This document shows positions 32,701-39,139 of a stretch of DNA of 39,139 nt, one piece after another; position 1 is the first letter of the stretch; the number at the start of each line of letters is the position of its first letter. The stretch is taken from sequence record SRR20825019_1774; one strand, given 5' to 3'. Made by a program: the position numbers and the translations under genes. The notes below the pieces were generated by a model. It had not been told where the DNA came from and searched no databases. It saw nothing but the letters and a program-made list of their open reading frames with translations.

Positions 32701-33831
32701 TTAGAATTTGTGCAGCTTGGTAACAATACCAACACGCACGCTCTGATCGAAGGATCCATATACACAGAGACCTTCCTTATTCGGGTGCCAGTCAAAGCAG
32801 CAGATAGGCTGCGAAGAGATGGGCTTGCGATTCAACAGCTCCACTTCCCCTGCGACACCCTTAACCTCCCCTTCGAATGTTGATATCCGCCTCTGCTCCG
32901 GATAGTTGTATTTGTACAAGTTCAAAGAACCATCACCGCCACCGATCATAAATAGATCTCGGTTCTGAGGAAGATGCTTCCCAACCCAGATAGTGGTACC
33001 CTGCACCTTAGACTTGGCAATGGTGCAGGCGAAGCCTTCTTCCTTGTGCAATGTTCTCAAGTCATAGACTCGGAACCTGTTCTCCAAGGTGGTGGCCACA
33101 AACTTATTCATCTCGATATTCTTTCGATCGAACTCAAGAGCACACACTCCATTCTTAACATTTTGTTCCCACTTGATCTTGTTTGTACGGAGGTCGAACA
33201 TTTTGATGTCTCCGTTGTCATACCCGGCAAGCAAACACCGCTCGTCTTGGTTGTAGGAGTTACCAAAGGACACCGCCCAGCAGTCTCGGGCCTCTCCTGC
33301 TTCAGGCTCGTAGGAGGCTACTGGTTTCTCTTTCTGACGTACATCCCAAACGCGAACACACCCATCCCGACTACCAGTGGCAATTTCTGGCGCACCATAC
33401 CCTAAAACTCCGCCACATCCATCAATAGTGTTGATGATTTGTTTGTGGGCTTTCACGTTGTATACGGGAGTATCAAGGCGTTCAATATCCCAGGTGTTCA
33501 GGCGGCCTTCAAAGTCACCAGTAGCTAGGTGCCTCTCCTCGAGTGGAGAGTGTCCGAAAGTGCAGCATTTGAAGGATGCGTGCTTCTCAGACTCAGTAAT
33601 AAGCTCTATGTCGCCATGATTAAGCTGATAGATCTGAATTGCACCGGTGCCGCGAGCATGGCAGCCTACAAGTGCAAACCTGGCGCTGGAAGGAACCCAC
33701 TTTGTGTCATATACTGTCAAAGACAAAGGCTTGTGGATGTGGTCCACGATCTGGGGGGCATCCTTCAGATCAACACCAATGGGGTTAGGGGCGGGAAGCT
33801 CCTCGTTCGAACCAATAACTCCGTGTTCCAT
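32701..33831 (-). CDS. WDR92: WD repeat protein 92 (DNAAF10/Monad), dynein assembly cofactor, intronless
   Basis: PQIVDHIHK...YDTKWVPSSARF...HARGTG, RHLATGDFEG, GAPEIATGSRDGCVRVWDVRQ, AGYDNGDIKMFDLR, FDRKNIEMNK, HLPQNRDLF, FDQSVRVGIVTKL. Confidence 0.93.
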   Translation of the reverse strand: MEHGVIGSNEELPAPNPIGVDLKDAPQIVDHIHKPLSLTVYDTKWVPSSARFALVGCHARGTGAIQIYQLNHGDIELITESEKHASFKCCTFGHSPLEERHLATGDFEGRLNTWDIERLDTPVYNVKAHKQIINTIDGCGGVLGYGAPEIATGSRDGCVRVWDVRQKEKPVASYEPEAGEARDCWAVSFGNSYNQDERCLLAGYDNGDIKMFDLRTNKIKWEQNVKNGVCALEFDRKNIEMNKFVATTLENRFRVYDLRTLHKEEGFACTIAKSKVQGTTIWVGKHLPQNRDLFMIGGGDGSLNLYKYNYPEQRRISTFEGEVKGVAGEVELLNRKPISSQPICCFDWHPNKEGLCVYGSFDQSVRVGIVTKLHKF

Positions 33832-34626
33832 GTTTGAATACTTATTAGTCTGTCTCAAACTGCATATACATATCAATTGTGGCGCTAAAGTGTGGTGGGT
33901 GGGATGGAGCCCAGCCGGCAAGTGGGCTTCATGAAAGAAGATAGGCCTTGTGACTCGTAAGAGACTTGGGCAGGCGGGAGAGAGGGGCCGTGTGGGCGTC
34001 GTGGTGGCTGCTGGCGGAGCAGCCAAGGGACTATCCTGTCACCACCACCAGTGGTCGCGTACCCTTGTTGTGACAACGCAGCCTACCCCCCGGTCCCGTC
34101 CGGGTTGGCTGACATGGCGCCAGGACATGCCATCCTTCCTGATTGCGCACGCCACGAATCACGCAGTTTGAGTCCTCTGCTCTATGCGTGTTCCAGTCGA
34201 CCCGGGAAGTGATTGGGGCTCAGATGGAATGGCGGGTTTGCTCTATCATTTTCGCAATCCCCATCAAAGCCCAACTGAACCAAAATTTGAAAATTTAATT
34301 TGGGCTGTCGTTGATTGCCTACCCTCTACTTATACTTGAGGAGGGCTTCGTCGTTCAGCACAGTGAAGGCGGCGGGGACGTCACTCCAACACGAGGGCAG
34401 AGACGCGCCGGGGCCCCCCGAGTTCAGCCGTCAACCGGCCAGGGCCGCTCGTGAACGGGAGCGGGGGGCCTTGCTTTCCCACATCGCGTCACCAGGTCTG
34501 TCGGGGCCCTCACCCCGAACCTGAGGCGCGCCTCACTTCTGGACTTCTGGGCCACACCGCCATTCCAGCGTACTTGCTGAAGTACAAATGTGCCAAATTA
34601 TATTGGGGAAGTGAACCCTTGGAATC

Positions 34627-35843
34627 ATGGACTCGTCTATTGCGCAGAGGTCCTTTGAGTTTGCAAACAATATTCAGGAAGTTGATAATATATTCAAGTA
34701 TGATCACGCGGCCCAGCAGCAGCAGCTTAGTGCTAAGCCGTGGAGGACAGAGTAAGTTACACCAAAGCCACGTTACATCAAAACCACAACTTAGTGCTGA
34801 CCGCGTCGCAGCCCCAACTACTTCAAGCACGTGAAGGTATCTGCCATCGCATTGCTCAAGATGGTCATGCACGCTCGCTCAGGAGGGGATATTGAGGTCA
34901 TGGGAATCATGCAAGGAAAGATAGATGGTGACACAATGATCGTCATGGATGCGTATGCGCTCCCCGTAGAGGGTACAGAGACTCGCGTAAACGCTGCCTC
35001 CGAGGCTTACGAGTATATGGTCGAGTATGCTACACAGATGAAAAAGGTATCACTTCTCTTTTCTAGATGGCAGGCTGTGAAGTGACGAATGTTTTTTTAA
35101 AGGTTGGCCGGCTTGAAAATGTTTTAGGATGGTACCACAGTCATCCTGGCTATGGGTGCTGGCTCTCTGGCATTGATGTGTCTACACAAGAGTTGAACCA
35201 GCAGTATACTGAGCCTTTCCTTGCCGTAGTGGTAATTTCGTTGGTGGTAGCTTGAAAACTGGTTCCTAAACTTCTTTGCAGATTGACCCTACCCGCACCG
35301 CCGCCGCGGGCAAGGTTGAAATTGGCGCCTTCAGAACATATCCTACTGACTACACACCTCCTGATGAGTCCCCATCGGAGTACCAAACTATTCCCATGGA
35401 CAAGATCGAGGACTTTGGCGTGCACTGCAAGAGGTACTATCCTCTGGACATTACGTACTTCAAGTCTTCATTGGATACCCACATGCTCAATCTCTTGTGG
35501 AACCGATACTGGGTGAACACTTTGTCATCTTCACCCATGTTGGCGGTGAGCATGATAGACCTCGTAACTTCAATTTGTGAAAATGGGGCTGACTGCTGTA
35601 CAGAATCGGGCGTATACCAGTGGTCAGGTATGCGACCTTGCGGAAAAATTGGAGCAGGCCGAGGGCCAGATGGCACATACTAGAGGGATATCGGGGGGAT
35701 ACTTTGGGTTGGATAAGAAGAAGGAGGATTCACAGTTGACCAAGATCAATAGGGATAGCACAAAAATTGCTATTGAGCAGATGCATGGTCTCATGGCACA
35801 GGTGATCAAGAGTGCTCTGTTTTCGTCTGAAACCAAGCCATAA
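34627..35843 (+). CDS. COPS5: COP9 signalosome subunit 5 (JAMM isopeptidase), 5 exons
   Basis: [60 protein letters not shown] (JAMM). Introns 34752-34811, 35047-35102, 35232-35281, 35546-35603. Confidence 0.97.
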
Positions 35844-35956
35844 GAAACTGGCATGTATCGTTTTACCTTGTTTCAATCCGGGCACATGGCAGTCCTAGGC
35901 GCCACGTTCCGCCGTTGTTGTGAGTATAACAAAGGCACCACAACTTGCTTCGTTGT

Positions 35957-38697
35957 CTACTTCTTCTTCCCCACACGTTCGTGTTTCTTGCTTTCTGTTT
36001 TCCCTAGACCGGCATACTTCTTACTATCATTAGTGCTCATCTGAAAGCGGTCTCAGATACAGTTCATATTAACATGCTAGGCACGTACCTTGGTGCGATC
36101 TCGACATCCCTTGCCACCCTCCCAATGCGCCGAGGACGTGTCCGCGGTCAATGCCGCCCCACAAACACACGGCTTATTCGAGAAGTTTTGCTCTCGCGAA
36201 CAGAATCCACATATCATGCTGTTGGCATAGGCCATTTCGTGCTCACCCGCGACCTTTTCGTCATGGCACACATCACAAGGGTACGCCGCCCCGCAGCATG
36301 GGAATCGTAGCCATCTATGGCTCTTTTTGTAGTGCTGGCAAGATCCTTTGTCTGGCAGAGGCTGGCCTACAACAATACCTTCATCCTTTCTGATTTGCGC
36401 ACGCTTTCTTGCTGCCGCCTTTGCGCTTTCTACGCGCTCCTCCTTTCCGCTTGTTCCTGCCCCCGCCTTTTGCTGGATGAAGGATATTCCATCGTAAACA
36501 AATGTAATCGGTTTGTGACAGGTGTGGCATCGGGCCTGTTGCATCTTGCATAAATACCGCGAAGCCTAGGCCCCCCAGGGTCACTCACCTCATGCATCTT
36601 ACCACGCTGGACTTTCTTCAGCATAACGCGTTCAGAGCACTCAAAGCATGAAGCCTCAAAATCCGATGGTCGCACATCAAGGACAGAAAGGCCAACTACA
36701 TCGAGGTACCCGCCTATAGCAGAAAACTCATGAAGTGCTTCCATGCGAGCCTCGACCACAACTTGTGTGTAGCACCCAGGGCATAGTTCTACATCACACA
36801 GACATGTGAGGACAATCAAGTGAGGCATGATCCAGGTTTCTCACCCTTGAACTCATCCTCTTGGGTGACCTTAACCTCTACTCGCGCACTGCATTTGTGA
36901 CAAGACATTGTGAGGCGAAGACGCTTCGGCATAACGATTCCAGCACCAGTCATATTCAACCCTTCAAGCTTGAATTGAGTACCCTTCGCCAGAGCAATCT
37001 TCTTTTGAGGCTGAGCCTCTCGAGCTCTATCTGCAATGGGAGGCGCGGCGGAAGCATGTCCGGCCGCCAAAGCCTGCTGACCTGACGGGACAACCTGAAC
37101 TCCTGCTCGCGACAACTCAAATTGCTGGGTTACTCTCCTAAAGGCCATCTAGTTAGCTAGAATATTCGGGGAAGTGGGCTCCTAGGTTTGCTTACTTGTC
37201 TACAAGCAAACTCTCCAAATTGTTGTCCAAGTATTTGAGCAGCGGCTTCATCATGATCTTTGAATGTGGTCAGCATTCGCCCAAGCAATGAAGGCAAGTC
37301 ACATCACCAACCTTCCCCGCCATTTCAACTGCCTTGGCATTCATTGCACGCTCAACATTCCTGCAGAGAAACATAAGCATCAGACAGAGAAGGACAACGA
37401 TATCTGGGAAATATTACTTGCACAAATTCTCAGGAATGTCGGCGATATCCGGATCTTCATAATTGATAATCTCAAATCCACAAGGCTCCTCAGGGTATTT
37501 TGCTGGTATAGTTATTCGCACGTAGACGAGCTCCACATCGAAGGGGAAATCGGGATCTGACGGCTTAAATGCGATCCTGATCACTTTAGGGGGGCCATCC
37601 TTGATCAGTTTATACGATTGAGCGAACCTGCGTTTGACTTGGCCAAACTCCATGTCTGGTGTGACTTCTGGCGCCGCAGCTGCTGCGCGAGTCACTGTCG
37701 CCATGTTTCGGATCTGCGGGGTAGCTGACACGGGCCGCGTTTCACTAGAAGGCTGGTCAGTGTTCGCCTCGGCTTCTGGAGCGGACTGTGGACGGTTTCC
37801 TTTTTGCGATTCCTCATCTTCTGCATTCCCGGAGCCCTTATCCCGGTCAGATCCACCTTTTTTGCCACTTTTCCCCTTTTTATCGCCTTTTTCTTTCTTT
37901 TCACGGCGTGCTCTCTGTGGCTTCTCCTTCTTGCCAACTCCGCCACCACTACCTGCTGCTTCACTCGGTGCAAGTGTTGTCTCGTCAACATCTCCATCAA
38001 CACCATGCTTCGCATGCCCTTTGCCTTTGCCGCCACTAAGCGACAGCTTCGACAACTGTTCGTTTATGACCTGGGAGAGGTCACCATCAGGGTGGTGGTT
38101 TTGCACGATGACATCCATGAGTTTTGCCCGCAGGCTTTTGGCATTCCGTCCCGCTGGAAAAGGATCAACAATACTTAAGGCGTGATGCTTGCTATATGCC
38201 CTTACCTGGCTTGAAAACTCTCTTTTCCCAAAGGTCAGCTGCACGGAAAGCATTCCTGGTGTTTCCCCGATTCACCCGCACTACACGTCACAATGTCATT
38301 CCCTGGCCGAGAATCTTCAACGAGAGTCATGCTCACGTACATAACGGCACATAGTCGGATATCATTAAGCGGACGAAGTGATCAGGCCAATGGCTGGACT
38401 CCTCTCGGAATGCCGCATGTTGTGCGGCTGTTGGCTTATCACTAGCGGTCCCACCATCCTGCTTGCTGTTTTCCTTTAGTTTTTTTTCTTTTGAGTCTGG
38501 CTCCGAAGGTGTTTTATCCCCTAAAGGGTCGTGGGAGAACCTGATCTCGGTGGTGAGACTCTGTCGCGAAAATAATTCACCAACACAACGCGCAACCTGC
38601 ACTTGTCTCCAAACCTACAACCTTCTTCGGAGGCGAAGAACTTGCAAGGCTTCTGCTTGCTTCCTTGACTACTTGTTTGAGTTTTCCCCTCTTCCAT
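35957..38697 (-). CDS. Multi-exon protein with N-terminal CCCH zinc finger, RWD-like region, CxxC pairs and C-terminal CHY zinc finger
   Basis: KPCKFFASEEGCRFGDKCR(F)SH, PSDPDFPFDVE...IPAKYP, CHKC/CPGC/CFEC/CHTC, GSCQHYKKSHRWLRFPCCGAAYPCDVCHDE...MICGFCSREQ. Ends DSKKYAGLGKTESKKHERVGKKK* at 35957. Alternative ATG 38748. Confidence 0.8.
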
Positions 38698-39121
38698 TAC
38701 AAAATCTTGCAAGAAGTTTGGTTCAGTATCATAGCTTGACCTATTCATTTAATTAAGGTTACATGTCTGGCAAGACCGCTGTCGGTCCCCCGCGTTGGCC
38801 GGGTCTCGGAGGTGGCCGCAGCCGCGGGCCGGAGCGGGCCCGCGACGGGCGGTGACCGCCGGCGGCGGCCCGCGGGAGCGGTCGCCGCGACCGCCGTGGC
38901 ACCTGACTCGGATCCGGAAGTCTCCGGGGGCCGGCCGCCGGGGCGCCGCGGCGCCGCCGCCGCGGAGACTCCGTCCGATCCGATCATCAGCATCGCCGTC
39001 AGGCATGATCGGATTCGGATCATTCATCAGTTGATACCGTATTGACTCGATAGTCATGTGAGTGCGCCGTCCGGCTCACCGGAGTGAGTGGCCGGGCTGC
39101 GCCAGCGAACCCCCGGCCCCG
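38698..39121. promoter_or_regulatory. GC-rich island upstream of the CHY gene, truncated by the contig end
   Basis: Same composition as the other divergent islands, with a GATC-rich core at ~38975-39050. Confidence 0.5.
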
Positions 39122-39139
39122 CCCCCCCCCCCCCCCCCC
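39122..39139. repeat. Poly-C homopolymer at contig end
   Basis: 18 consecutive C. Confidence 0.9.

Overview
Gene-dense contig from a eukaryote, probably a flagellated protist: standard genetic code, short GT-AG introns (mostly 46-73 nt) with CTRAY branch points, and WDR92 present. I can support 16 protein genes: GNAT acetyltransferase (5'-partial), GDH-like, 9x FixL-type PAS protein, EF-hand/RCC1 protein, ACAA2-type thiolase, EDC4, RPL19, a small membrane protein, an ARM-like orphan, bacterial-type UDP-galactopyranose mutase, a DnaJ-TMEM185-like fusion, PEX11, a MORN-repeat protein, WDR92, CSN5 and a CCCH/RWD-like/CHY protein. Four observations stand out. (1) All 16 genes alternate strand perfectly as head-to-head pairs around ~0.8-1.1 kb GC-rich islands, with tail-to-tail gaps as small as 28 bp. 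(2) A soluble protein has nine tandem heme-type PAS domains and no recognisable output domain. (3) It is divergently paired with a glutamate dehydrogenase homolog that has lost the catalytic lysine and substrate-binding residues. (4) The UGM is intronless and prokaryote-type, an HGT candidate. Exon boundaries were derived by eye and no database searches were run.
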